IMG/VR virus record: IMGVR_UViG_3300009964_000017
Length of the DNA stretch: 38,790 nucleotides
Source of the DNA: a virus
Direction: 5' to 3' (one strand)
Positions 8,916 through 18,095 of this stretch are shown here, piece after piece (the first letter of the stretch is position 1; each line of letters opens with the position of its first letter). The notes beneath the pieces were generated by a model that was not told the origin of the DNA, ran no database searches, and worked only from the letters and a program-made list of their open reading frames with translations. The position numbers were made by a program, and so were the translations under genes.

Positions 8916-9533
8916 ATGACTGCTGTAACACCCATCATCGAGACTAGCGAACAGCTCGACCCCAAGACCTTCAACCTGCAGGATTGGCTGGTAGGTGGCG
9001 ACGCCCACCGAATTCACAAGGAAACCACCCTGGCATTGGATGCTGACGCTGCTGTCCGTATCAGCGAGCTAGAGGCTGAGCTAGACCGCGCTGAGGCGCG
9101 CCTCAATACCGCAAAGAGCGAACAGGCAGACCGCGACGAAAACAGCATGGAAAGCATCGCAGACAGCAGCGACAAAGCAATCCTGACCGAAGAAGAGAAC
9201 ATCAAGAAGATTTGGGGTCAGCTCGAAGAGCTGCAAGACACTACCCGCACAGCCCTTTTCCGCACTCGCACTCTGAGCGAGCATGAAAAGAAAGAAGTCA
9301 TGAATGCGTGGAAGGAAGAGAGCGGCGCGGACGAGGTAGACACTGAGGCGCTCAGCTTCTGGGCGATGGTTTTCGCTAAAACCGCGACCCTGGAAGGGCA
9401 GCATCTCACCTCTGCACAGTGGATGCAAGTTGCCGAGACAATCGGGATGCAGTTCTCACGCACGATCGCTGTCTATACTGCTGCGTTGAATGTGGAGGCG
9501 TCGTTCGAGGTGTCGCCCCGATTTCGTAGCTAA
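8916..9533 (+). CDS. Tail assembly chaperone (G-like, short product)
   Basis: An acidic 205-aa ORF lies between the major tail and tape measure genes. An overlapping downstream ORF occupies another frame, the canonical G/GT arrangement. Confidence 0.7.
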   Translation: MTAVTPIIETSEQLDPKTFNLQDWLVGGDAHRIHKETTLALDADAAVRISELEAELDRAEARLNTAKSEQADRDENSMESIADSSDKAILTEEENIKKIWGQLEELQDTTRTALFRTRTLSEHEKKEVMNAWKEESGADEVDTEALSFWAMVFAKTATLEGQHLTSAQWMQVAETIGMQFSRTIAVYTAALNVEASFEVSPRFRS

Positions 9534-9918
9534 ATGTTTAGAAGAAGCTGAGCATGCGCCCGTGCTGGTTGCGGTGAAAGCTGCGCTCCGTTGGGGGCAG
9601 CCGCCGGTAGGATTCGTCACTGGCACGGGCGCAACAGCCTGGACGAGCAGGGACAGTACGGTAGCTGTCGCCTACGAAATCTACCTATCCGAGCTATGCC
9701 CAGAATGTGGGCAGCCGAAAAGTGTGTGCCGTACTGGTGTGCTCGGTTTTGAAGCTAAGAAAGAAATTTGTGCGGCACGAGCCGCTGTAGACGAGATTAG
9801 GCAGGACGATAAATATAAGCCAGACCCTGGCGAGATTTTGCAGCCTGTCCCATATGATCCGAAAGACGACCCAGCCTACGCTGACATGGTGGCGTTTTTT
9901 GGGGATGACGAAGAATAA
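8916..9918 (+). CDS. Tail assembly chaperone, frameshift fusion (GT-like): 8916..9518 joined to 9520..9918 by a putative +1 shift at CCC_CGA
   Basis: The frame of 9490..9918 is +1 relative to 8916..9533. A C4 run (9516-9519) lets tRNA-Pro re-pair from CCC to CCC before a CGA codon, 4 codons ahead of the G stop. Confidence 0.5.
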
Positions 9919-9933
9919 CAGAATAGGGGTTGT

Positions 9934-12900
9934 GTGCCTGTGGCTAAGTCAAACGAGCAGCAAGTAAAGATAGTTCTCAAGGCTGACGCGAAAGCGTTCA
10001 CCGCAGGCATGCAAGCCGCCTCTAAGGCTGCTAGGGAAGCCGCGAATGCTTCACAGTCGGCGATGAAGAGAGCCGCTGAGCAGAACGTTAAAGAGCAAAA
10101 AGCCGGTCTCAACAAGATGCGCGAAACCATGCGCGACACTACGAAGGATGCAAAGAACGTTGCAGATCAGGTAAGTAAGATTGGGCGTGCAGGCACTGAT
10201 GCTGGCCGCAATGCGAGAGCTGGCCTCCAAGGCATAGGCACTGGTGTTGCTAAAGATGCTAAAGCCGCGCAGTCGTCTATCGCGTCTATCGGTGATGGTG
10301 CGGCTGCGGCTGGGAAGAATATACAGTCAAGCCTACACAATAGTGTGAACGCCGCGACAAGCAATATTCGTAGCCAGGTGGCCGCGACCGGTGAAGCTGG
10401 GAAGATAGCAGGGGAAGGCATCGCTTCAGGTGTCCGAGCTGGCGCTAACAAGGCCGCTGATGCTGTCGCTGGTATCGGTGCTGGTGCCGCACAGGCGGGG
10501 AAAGCAACAGCTGAGGGCATCAAATCTGGGTTGTCTGAGGCTGCTGCCGCGACCTCGGCGCTCACCAGTGCGCAGAGGAAGCAGCACACGGAGGCTGTGG
10601 CTGCTATGGCTGCTGCATCCCAGCAGGCGGCGCAGCGCGCAGCTACCGCTAACCTGAATACTATTCGCGGGTCTTCGGCTGCTGTAGCGGCTGCTACCGC
10701 TGCAGGTGCCGCGCAGGCTGCCTCAGCTCAGATACGTTCACATGGTACGGTGGTTGAGGCTGTTGCAGCTGGTAACGCCGCTATGTCGCGTTCCACGCGC
10801 ACACTGACTGCTACACAGGTTGCCGCGTACTCTGCGGCAGCATCAGCTAGTGTGGCTGGCCTGAATCAGCGTTATAACGTGTTTACTGGTATGACTCGTG
10901 CCGAAACTGCAGCCTATAGGGCTTCTATTGCGGCGTCACGTGAGGCGGCTGGCTCTATCACAGGGATTATGCAGCGCGCCTCACAGTCAGCAGCAGTAGG
11001 GTGGCGTGACTATGCTTCTGCGGCGTCGTCCTCATTCAAATCTGTTGCCAGCGGCGCAGCAGACGCATTCAAATCATCCAGGCTCGGATCATCCATCATC
11101 TACAGTGACTTGGTGACCGGTGCACGCGCCGCAGCATCACAAACAGCTGACGCTATTAGGACACCTATAGCAGGCGCTTTCACGAGTGTTCGTGAACGCT
11201 CCACCAGCGCGGTATCGGGGCTTGCCTCAGATTTCAGGCAGGCTGGTACTGAGGCTAAAAACCTCGCCTCCAATATCCTGTCTAATAAAGACGCTTTGGA
11301 TAAGATCGCGTCCGGTGCAGGAATCACGGGTGCTGCCCTGCTTGCACCGTTCGCTCTGGCGGTGAAACAGTACGCAGATTTTGATGCTGCTATGGCTGGC
11401 GTCCAGGCTGCAACCCATGAAACTGCAGGGAATATGGAGAAGTTACGCACCGCCGCAATCAACGCAGGTGCCGACACCAAATATTCCGGTAAGGAAGCTG
11501 CACAGGGCATCGAAGAGTTGGCTAAGGCCGGTGTCGACACGACAGATATTCTCTCTGGTGGCCTCAACGGTGCACTATCGCTGGCCGCAGCAGGTAATAT
11601 CCAGGTTGGGGATGCTGCCGAGCTAGCAGCAACCGCAATGACACAGTTCAAGCTCAAAGGTGCTGACCTTGAGCATGTCGCCGACCTCCTAGCTGCTGGC
11701 GCAGGTAAAGCTCAAGGCTCTGTGGGCGACCTCGGGTACGCTCTCAAACAGTCAGGGTTGGTGGCGTCTCAAACAGGCCTCACCATTGAAGAAACGACCG
11801 GTACATTAGCCGCGTTCGCATCCGCTGGGCTTATCGGATCGGACGCCGGTACCTCATTCAAAGTGATGCTTCAGAAACTGCAGAACCCGTCTAAACAGGC
11901 TGCGGGATTGATGAAGGAATACGGCATTTCGCTGTATGACTCGACAGGAAAGTTCAAAGGCATCACAGCTGTTGCCGCAGATTTGAAACGTGGCCTGCAA
12001 GACCTCACACCGGCGCAGCGTGACGCAGCAATGGCAACCATTTTCGGTTCTGACGCTGTGCGTGCCGCATCCGTGCTCTACACTGCGGGCGGGGAAGGCA
12101 TACAAGAGTGGATCGACAAGACTAACGATGCTGGATATGCTGCCTCTACGGCTGCGATTCAGCAGAATAACCTTGCCGGCGATATTGAGAAACTCGGCGG
12201 CGCTATCGACTCTGCCGTACTCAAATCCTCTGGCGGTATCAACGAGGTTCTGCGTGGAATAACACAGTTCGTTACCGGTATCGTCGATTTCATCGGCAAA
12301 CTGCCTGCCCCGTTCCTCGCTGTGAACCTTGCAGTCGTCGGTTTGACGGGTGTCGTTCTGCTGACTGTTGCAGCCGCGGCTAAAATGATTTCAGCGTACC
12401 AGACGGTGAAGGGTACGCTGGCGTCGTATTCGGCTGCTGCCCGTGGCGCTACAGCTGCTACAGAAGGGTTAGCAGCTTCATCGTCTACGGCTGCGGCTGG
12501 TGGTTCCAAGCTCGGCGGCTTTGTCTCTAGCTTCGCTAAAATCGCGGGGACAGCGGCACTAGCTGCCGAAGGGGTCACGCTCTTTATCAGTGCGTTCAAC
12601 ACCGATTTTAAGGCACCGTCCGTCGATAAGATGAACAGCGCGTTGAAAACGACCGGCGGCAACCTGGATGCTGTGAACCAGCAGTTTAAAGACATGGGCG
12701 GTAAAGCTACCTGGGCTTTCCTCGGCATGGAAGACCAGGTGCCAAAGGTAAATGGCCTGGGCGAGGCTCTCGTTAAGTTGAAATCTGATGCAGGCGACGC
12801 AATGGAAGGTTTCAGCCAGTGGGTATCTCACACAGCCGGGGCTAAAGTCGGTGCAGACGCGTTCAAAGAGGCCGTGAACAACCTGGACGATTCGTTATCC

Positions 12901-14466
12901 CAGCTGTATGGGCAGAATCAGGATGATGCGGTAGCGTTTTTCCAGTCGATTGTCCGTGAAACGGACGCCGCCTCTGACGCACAGGGTAAAGCTCGCTACA
13001 GTGCAGAAGAATACATGAAAGCGTTCCCGAAGCTGAAAGAAGCTGTTGAGGGTTACGCTGCGTCCATGAATGTTAGCCTCTCGGAGGATGAAAAATATCA
13101 GGCGATGCTTGGTAATTATCCGCCGAAACTCGAAGAGGCGCGCCGTAAACAGGAAGAGCTGAAACATGCTCTTGAAGTTCAAAAGAACGCTCTAGAAGAA
13201 GGCGCGGACGGCATGTCTGGGCTATCCGGTGAAGCTAAAGAAATGGCTAACTGGGTTGGTGCAGCAGGTTCAGCTGTTGAAGACCTAGACAAGAACCTAA
13301 AGGTTTTAGGTAGTGGTTTCGCGTCTTCCACTAAGCAAATGGCTGACTACTATAAGAGTATGGATGATCTGGCGGACGCGATAAAGAAGAATAACGCCGC
13401 CTACGATAGCACATCTAAAACTTTCGACCAGACTACCAAAGCTGGGCAGAAGCTAAACGCAGCGTTCGCTAGCATGGCGCAGGAAGGTGTTCAGGCTGCG
13501 GCAGCTGTTGGTAGGCAGGGAGGAAGCTACGAGGACGTGAAGAATCACATTCACGGTGTGATTGACACGCTCCGTCAGTCTGCTATTCAGATGGGTCTCA
13601 CCAGCGACCAGGCAGACGAGCTTGTTAGGTCTATCTATGGTATCCCAAAGAACATTTCGATTGAGACGTGGGCTGATACTACAGCATCTCGTGTTATTAC
13701 GTCGCTGACTCAGGACGCAGAGCGTGTCCCGGGTGAGATTACGATTGGTACACAGGTGTTTGGTGTGGATCATGCTACCGGCCAGTTGAAATATTTGCGT
13801 GAGGTCGGGGACGCTGCCGACAAGGATATTGACATCAACGCGAAAGCTCATACTGGGCAAGCTAATAACGCCCTGTTCGACATGATTAATAATACCTTCA
13901 AGGTTCCTCGGCGTACTGATACGACCGCTGTCGCAAGAACGGGGCAGGCTAACGCTAACGTGAATGCCTACCGGTCGAATCTGGCTCAGATTCCGCGCAC
14001 AAAAACAACACAGCTGCGTGTTGTGAGTGATACATTCGATGCTCCTGCTGGGAGAAGCTCGTTTAAATGGCGTGCACCTCGTGCACGTGGCGGCATGGTG
14101 CCAGGTTACGCGACCGGTGGTGTCATCCCAGGGCGCGCACCGCTATCACCTTGGGCTGATAACATCCCAGCTGTCACTAACCAGGGGATGCAGCTCATGG
14201 TGCGCTCAGGAGAATTTATCGTGAACGAGCAGGCGACCAGGCGCAACCGGTCGCTGCTAGAACAAATCAACGCAGGATACACGGTGCGCGGGTACGCAAC
14301 GGGCGGGTATGTTCAAGGTGCACGCTCCTACACTGCACCTGATGCGCCTGTAAACGTTGGTGAACAGGTAGCAGAGGCTATCCGTTCCTGGCAGCCCGTC
14401 GTCAGGATAGGCGATAGGGATTTCTACGGTCTTATGCGTGAATCAACTATCCGAAACAACCGATAA
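9934..14466 (+). CDS. Tape measure protein
   Basis: The protein is 1510 aa and has an Ala/Gly-rich repetitive N-terminus and central hydrophobic segments. Its C-terminal GGMVPGYATGGVIPG...YATGGYV motifs and its position after the G/GT genes fit a tape measure. The start is GTG. Confidence 0.9.
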   Translation: MPVAKSNEQQVKIVLKADAKAFTAGMQAASKAAREAANASQSAMKRAAEQNVKEQKAGLNKMRETMRDTTKDAKNVADQVSKIGRAGTDAGRNARAGLQGIGTGVAKDAKAAQSSIASIGDGAAAAGKNIQSSLHNSVNAATSNIRSQVAATGEAGKIAGEGIASGVRAGANKAADAVAGIGAGAAQAGKATAEGIKSGLSEAAAATSALTSAQRKQHTEAVAAMAAASQQAAQRAATANLNTIRGSSAAVAAATAAGAAQAASAQIRSHGTVVEAVAAGNAAMSRSTRTLTATQVAAYSAAASASVAGLNQRYNVFTGMTRAETAAYRASIAASREAAGSITGIMQRASQSAAVGWRDYASAASSSFKSVASGAADAFKSSRLGSSIIYSDLVTGARAAASQTADAIRTPIAGAFTSVRERSTSAVSGLASDFRQAGTEAKNLASNILSNKDALDKIASGAGITGAALLAPFALAVKQYADFDAAMAGVQAATHETAGNMEKLRTAAINAGADTKYSGKEAAQGIEELAKAGVDTTDILSGGLNGALSLAAAGNIQVGDAAELAATAMTQFKLKGADLEHVADLLAAGAGKAQGSVGDLGYALKQSGLVASQTGLTIEETTGTLAAFASAGLIGSDAGTSFKVMLQKLQNPSKQAAGLMKEYGISLYDSTGKFKGITAVAADLKRGLQDLTPAQRDAAMATIFGSDAVRAASVLYTAGGEGIQEWIDKTNDAGYAASTAAIQQNNLAGDIEKLGGAIDSAVLKSSGGINEVLRGITQFVTGIVDFIGKLPAPFLAVNLAVVGLTGVVLLTVAAAAKMISAYQTVKGTLASYSAAARGATAATEGLAASSSTAAAGGSKLGGFVSSFAKIAGTAALAAEGVTLFISAFNTDFKAPSVDKMNSALKTTGGNLDAVNQQFKDMGGKATWAFLGMEDQVPKVNGLGEALVKLKSDAGDAMEGFSQWVSHTAGAKVGADAFKEAVNNLDDSLSQLYGQNQDDAVAFFQSIVRETDAASDAQGKARYSAEEYMKAFPKLKEAVEGYAASMNVSLSEDEKYQAMLGNYPPKLEEARRKQEELKHALEVQKNALEEGADGMSGLSGEAKEMANWVGAAGSAVEDLDKNLKVLGSGFASSTKQMADYYKSMDDLADAIKKNNAAYDSTSKTFDQTTKAGQKLNAAFASMAQEGVQAAAAVGRQGGSYEDVKNHIHGVIDTLRQSAIQMGLTSDQADELVRSIYGIPKNISIETWADTTASRVITSLTQDAERVPGEITIGTQVFGVDHATGQLKYLREVGDAADKDIDINAKAHTGQANNALFDMINNTFKVPRRTDTTAVARTGQANANVNAYRSNLAQIPRTKTTQLRVVSDTFDAPAGRSSFKWRAPRARGGMVPGYATGGVIPGRAPLSPWADNIPAVTNQGMQLMVRSGEFIVNEQATRRNRSLLEQINAGYTVRGYATGGYVQGARSYTAPDAPVNVGEQVAEAIRSWQPVVRIGDRDFYGLMRESTIRNNR

Positions 14467-14487
14467 AAAACATGGAGGTCACACACA

Positions 14488-15330
14488 ATGGCTAAATACA
14501 ATATGTGGATCGGAACACGAGGAATGATGATGCCAGTCAAAGGCGGCACCTCAGAATCCGCGCAAACCGAAATGAGTAACCGCGTCATCGTGACCTCTAA
14601 AACTGGGGCGCGGCGTGTCAACTGGTTTGGCACGCCGCACGCCCTAGAATCGCAAGACTATAGCTTCATGGTCTCTGGTGAAGAATATTCCAGGCTCTCA
14701 AGAATCCTCGCAGCAGGGATTTACCGGAGAGGACAAACAACAGCATACGACCCTATATGCATAATCCCTGGCGGTGCTGAACGAGAAAACCTGCTACCTA
14801 ACTATGCGGCCTCCGGTCTCGGCGGCATCAATGAGCAGCAGCTAGCAGTTGCTGGCGAAAAAGACCAGGACGGGTACCCTCTGCATATTATGCATCAAAC
14901 TATCGGGGACGGTTGGAAGGACGCCACACCGATTATCCCGTACCCCTTCATGGATAGGGAATTTGTGTATGGTGCAGCGTTGAAAAGCAAATCAAAGCTG
15001 AAAATCCTCATGTATGGCAGCGGAAGCAAAACATATTATGGGGAGATAGAAAACACGAGCAATAAAACAATGTTTGTTAAATCGCTTATCGCCAATGCTG
15101 GGCTTGGCGTAAACAGTTTCAAACTGCAGGTGCAAGGGACATGGGGGTACCCGTATGTTCGGGCGTATGAAAAACGCCCAGGAGTGAGTTACTGGCTGCC
15201 AGGTAGGGTTATTCTGCGCTCAGCTGTTGAATCGTTCGAGCGAGTAGCTTTGAGAACATCTCCCGGTATGGACCCCATGTATAAGGTGAACGCAAAGATT
15301 ATAGAGATAGGAAACCGCACGAATGGATAA
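14488..15330 (+). CDS. Distal tail protein (Dit-like)
   Basis: A 280-aa ORF with a strong RBS (ggagg) lies directly after the tape measure gene. Confidence 0.6.
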   Translation: MAKYNMWIGTRGMMMPVKGGTSESAQTEMSNRVIVTSKTGARRVNWFGTPHALESQDYSFMVSGEEYSRLSRILAAGIYRRGQTTAYDPICIIPGGAERENLLPNYAASGLGGINEQQLAVAGEKDQDGYPLHIMHQTIGDGWKDATPIIPYPFMDREFVYGAALKSKSKLKILMYGSGSKTYYGEIENTSNKTMFVKSLIANAGLGVNSFKLQVQGTWGYPYVRAYEKRPGVSYWLPGRVILRSAVESFERVALRTSPGMDPMYKVNAKIIEIGNRTNG

Positions 15331-17590
15331 TTTTGTTCTTCCACAAAAGTTTGAGTCACCAATCACGACTGCTGCACGTGGTGAAGTAATCTCGTCCGCG
15401 CAGATCACGATTGACGGGAAAGATTACGGGATGCAGCAGGTAGAGGTTTCTTCTGGTTGTTCGTCTGAGCTTCCAGGCCGTTTAGGTGTGGCGCAAAGTT
15501 TTAGCCAGGGTGTAGGTACTATCACGTGGGATATGCCGCAGGATTCCTCCGTAAATTTTGTGACTATGCTGTGTGGAAAACCTGGTGCGGAGGATGCGTT
15601 CACGATTCCTCCGGTTGGGGCGTCTGTGTCTATTCAGATGGGGCGCTCACCATCTCTTGAGGGTCAAGCTCTGAAAAAAGTCTTGACAGGTCGTGTAGAT
15701 TCGCATGAGATTGACCCGCAGACAGGTGGTCTAATCACTAAAATTGTGGACGAATGGGACAGGTTTTCAGAAACAGTTCGTGTGCTGGCGAATACTGCGT
15801 GGATGCCGAATGATCCTGATAGTGATGGGCCGCCGTTTCCTTGTGCAGCATCTATTGCTGCTTATGTGTGGAATATTCTTGAGCAGTGTGGGTATTCACC
15901 TGCTGCACGGTCGAAATTGCCTATTGGGTCAGACACGGCGACTCTGGTTTATGCTCCTTTGCAGGGAAGCGCGTTAGTGAACGAGAAGCGCGGCCACGGG
16001 ATTCTGGTTGATGTGAATGGGGGCACTAGTTGGCGTGAGAATCAGGGCACACCAACTTTTGTCTACTACAATTCTGGCCTGCTGTTTTTCCAGAAAGGCT
16101 TTATCACCTATGAGACGAATCCGAATACTATTGATAACTATTACGATTCTGCGACGAAAGATTTTTTTGTTCGCGGGCAGATAGGGCCAGGCCATAACGG
16201 TGTTGTCAATATCAACATTTACTCTGTGAAGGATAACCGGAGAGTTTCGGTGCCGATCAGGATAGAGGCAGACGGTACTTTGCATGCTGGTAGGGTTGAG
16301 AAAGCTGGGAAAGTCCCTAAGAATGGGCGTTTTGAGGTCAAAATCAGTACTCAGCGCTGGGAAGCTAATTTCTCTGATGGTACACAAGCGTATGGGAAAT
16401 TTGATGTTGCCCCAGAGGTTAATAGCAAGGTTTATGCTATAGAGATTGTGGGGCACTCTGGTAAACCAGAACTGGCAGATGTGCATGTTTTTGGGCGTGA
16501 CCTCCCGTTTGTTGATAGGAGACAGGCGTTTGTTGCTATCCCATCCGAAGCTATAGCAACAGGGTTTGTGAAATCATGTCGTGATAGAGTAGCCCGTGAC
16601 GCCCTGGAAGAAATTGGGCAGGCGTTTGGTATGCCTATGTGGATTGATGGTGAGGGACGTTTTCATTTCCGTGCCCTAACCCAGCTAGATAAAGAAGGCA
16701 TCGCGTACTCTATCCCGAAAGATGAAATAGTCGATTACAACCTGAAACTTGACTTGTTGAGGTGTGCTAGCAAAATATCTGTGCGCTATATTGTTCCCGC
16801 CTACAATGATTTGCCTGCACACGGTAATGAAACGTATGTCAAGGTTTATGAGGGCACAAATGCTCAGGTGAAACCTGGGGAGAAGCAGACAGAAATATTT
16901 TCTATTCCAGATACTGAGGAATGGTTCGGGATCGACAAACAGCCTGCAGACTATGATTTCATTCAAATGTGGGGGGCACCTTGGAAGGATATTCCTAGCG
17001 GTGAGGCCTGGCGTGTCAGTAATATGAATAAGATTATTGGTAAGGCATATAGCCGTTCTGTTGATTATACGATTGACCCTGCCGTAGGGTACCCGGGGTA
17101 TTGGACTCGCCCAGTTATCCGAGATATAACGCCCTGGGTATTCGAGATGACCTCTGACTACTCACAGTACAGAGGAAATGTTCTAGAGCGCCGTTTCCCT
17201 ACACAGCGTGAGCTTACCATCTTTGAAGATATGTCTGGGTGGCGTATGCCTCTCATCCGTGCAGCACGCAAGGTCGAATACGGCAATAATTCATCCACGG
17301 TTACTGTAGAAGTTGGTAAAAATGGTGCCCCTGTTTTTGAACACAACATGGGTGTGTGGGGTGAAAGTAGGGAAAAGGCAGAACGTATCGGCAATTCGTT
17401 TAAAAAATATCTGCAGAACACGGTGTGGTGTGATCGTTTAACGGTAATGTTCAACCCTGCCTATGAGATTGGTAAAAAGGTTAGAGTTGAGCTGCCGGAG
17501 GGTGGCACCTTCACGATGATGATTCTAGGTGTTGAACAAAGACCAGCTGACGGTGTAACAACATTGACGACTAGGGTTATCCCATCATAG
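15323..17590 (+). CDS. Tail-associated / baseplate hub protein (Tal-like minor tail protein)
   Basis: A 755-aa ORF overlaps the Dit gene by 8 nt and occupies the second position after the tape measure gene. Confidence 0.6.
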   Translation: MDNFVLPQKFESPITTAARGEVISSAQITIDGKDYGMQQVEVSSGCSSELPGRLGVAQSFSQGVGTITWDMPQDSSVNFVTMLCGKPGAEDAFTIPPVGASVSIQMGRSPSLEGQALKKVLTGRVDSHEIDPQTGGLITKIVDEWDRFSETVRVLANTAWMPNDPDSDGPPFPCAASIAAYVWNILEQCGYSPAARSKLPIGSDTATLVYAPLQGSALVNEKRGHGILVDVNGGTSWRENQGTPTFVYYNSGLLFFQKGFITYETNPNTIDNYYDSATKDFFVRGQIGPGHNGVVNINIYSVKDNRRVSVPIRIEADGTLHAGRVEKAGKVPKNGRFEVKISTQRWEANFSDGTQAYGKFDVAPEVNSKVYAIEIVGHSGKPELADVHVFGRDLPFVDRRQAFVAIPSEAIATGFVKSCRDRVARDALEEIGQAFGMPMWIDGEGRFHFRALTQLDKEGIAYSIPKDEIVDYNLKLDLLRCASKISVRYIVPAYNDLPAHGNETYVKVYEGTNAQVKPGEKQTEIFSIPDTEEWFGIDKQPADYDFIQMWGAPWKDIPSGEAWRVSNMNKIIGKAYSRSVDYTIDPAVGYPGYWTRPVIRDITPWVFEMTSDYSQYRGNVLERRFPTQRELTIFEDMSGWRMPLIRAARKVEYGNNSSTVTVEVGKNGAPVFEHNMGVWGESREKAERIGNSFKKYLQNTVWCDRLTVMFNPAYEIGKKVRVELPEGGTFTMMILGVEQRPADGVTTLTTRVIPS

Positions 17591-17605
17591 AAAGGAAGCA
17601 TAATT

Positions 17606-18073
17606 ATGGGTTATGCGACTGTTGAGGGGCGGTTCCTCGCTCCTGCAGCCCCAGTAGGGGGCAACCCTACGCCTATGCAAGGTAGGGTGATTTTCCGCCC
17701 AGAAATGCGGGAAGCCGCAAACGGGTACACCCACCTGCCTGCTGAGGTAGAAGCAACGTTAGAGAACGGGTACCTGTCATATGGTGGTTCCCGTGGCGTG
17801 CGGCTCATGACACCTGACGATTCTACGGTGCCTACCTGGTGGGAGTGGGTAGCTATCCTATACCTGCACACGGGTGGGGACATTGTTCGGCATGAGCCGG
17901 TTAGGTTTAGTCTGAAATCTGGTGAAACGGTTGATTTCGCGCAGATTGTGGCGCGCGGATATGAGCCTCCGAGGCAGCCAGTGCCGCGACCTGCTGACGA
18001 TGGTTCGCCGATCCGCCTACATGTGACTGTTGGTGCGGACGGAACGGGCGCTATCACTACTCACACCGAATAA
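17606..18073 (+). CDS. Minor tail protein
   Basis: A 155-aa ORF with the RBS gaaagga. Its N-terminus (MGYATVEGRF...QGRVIFRP) resembles small minor tail proteins of actinobacteriophages, and it sits in the tail tip module. Confidence 0.45.
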   Translation: MGYATVEGRFLAPAAPVGGNPTPMQGRVIFRPEMREAANGYTHLPAEVEATLENGYLSYGGSRGVRLMTPDDSTVPTWWEWVAILYLHTGGDIVRHEPVRFSLKSGETVDFAQIVARGYEPPRQPVPRPADDGSPIRLHVTVGADGTGAITTHTE

Positions 18074-18095
18074 CCAAAAAGGAAAGAGCTGTATT

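Noticed and set aside
9490-9492. The ATG at 9490 as an independent start for the downstream chaperone ORF.
   Set aside because: It lies inside the G-like gene without an RBS, and the G/GT arrangement is normally produced by frameshifting. It is kept as an alternative in the frameshift finding rather than called as a separate gene.
10140-11100. Ala/Gly-rich repetitive coding sequence at the 5' end of the tape measure gene, considered as a DNA tandem repeat or hypervariable region.
   Set aside because: The repeats are degenerate at the DNA level and typical of tape measure N-terminal regions. No template/variable repeat pair and no reverse transcriptase gene (DGR) is present anywhere in the window.
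11100-12728. Two antisense ORFs of 185 aa and 189 aa inside the tape measure gene.
   Set aside because: Both are embedded in the continuous 1510-aa tape measure frame. They have low-complexity Ala/Ser/Pro composition and no translation signals.
15974-16486. A 170-aa antisense ORF inside the Tal-like gene.
   Set aside because: It has no RBS, is embedded in a well-supported + strand gene, and nothing about it looks protein-like.
18030-18095. Upstream extensions of several track ORFs: 18030, 6733, 7175, 26122, 34946 and 36977.
   Set aside because: Each extension overlaps the preceding gene and lacks an RBS. Internal ATGs with RBS-like purine tracts immediately after the upstream stop were preferred.
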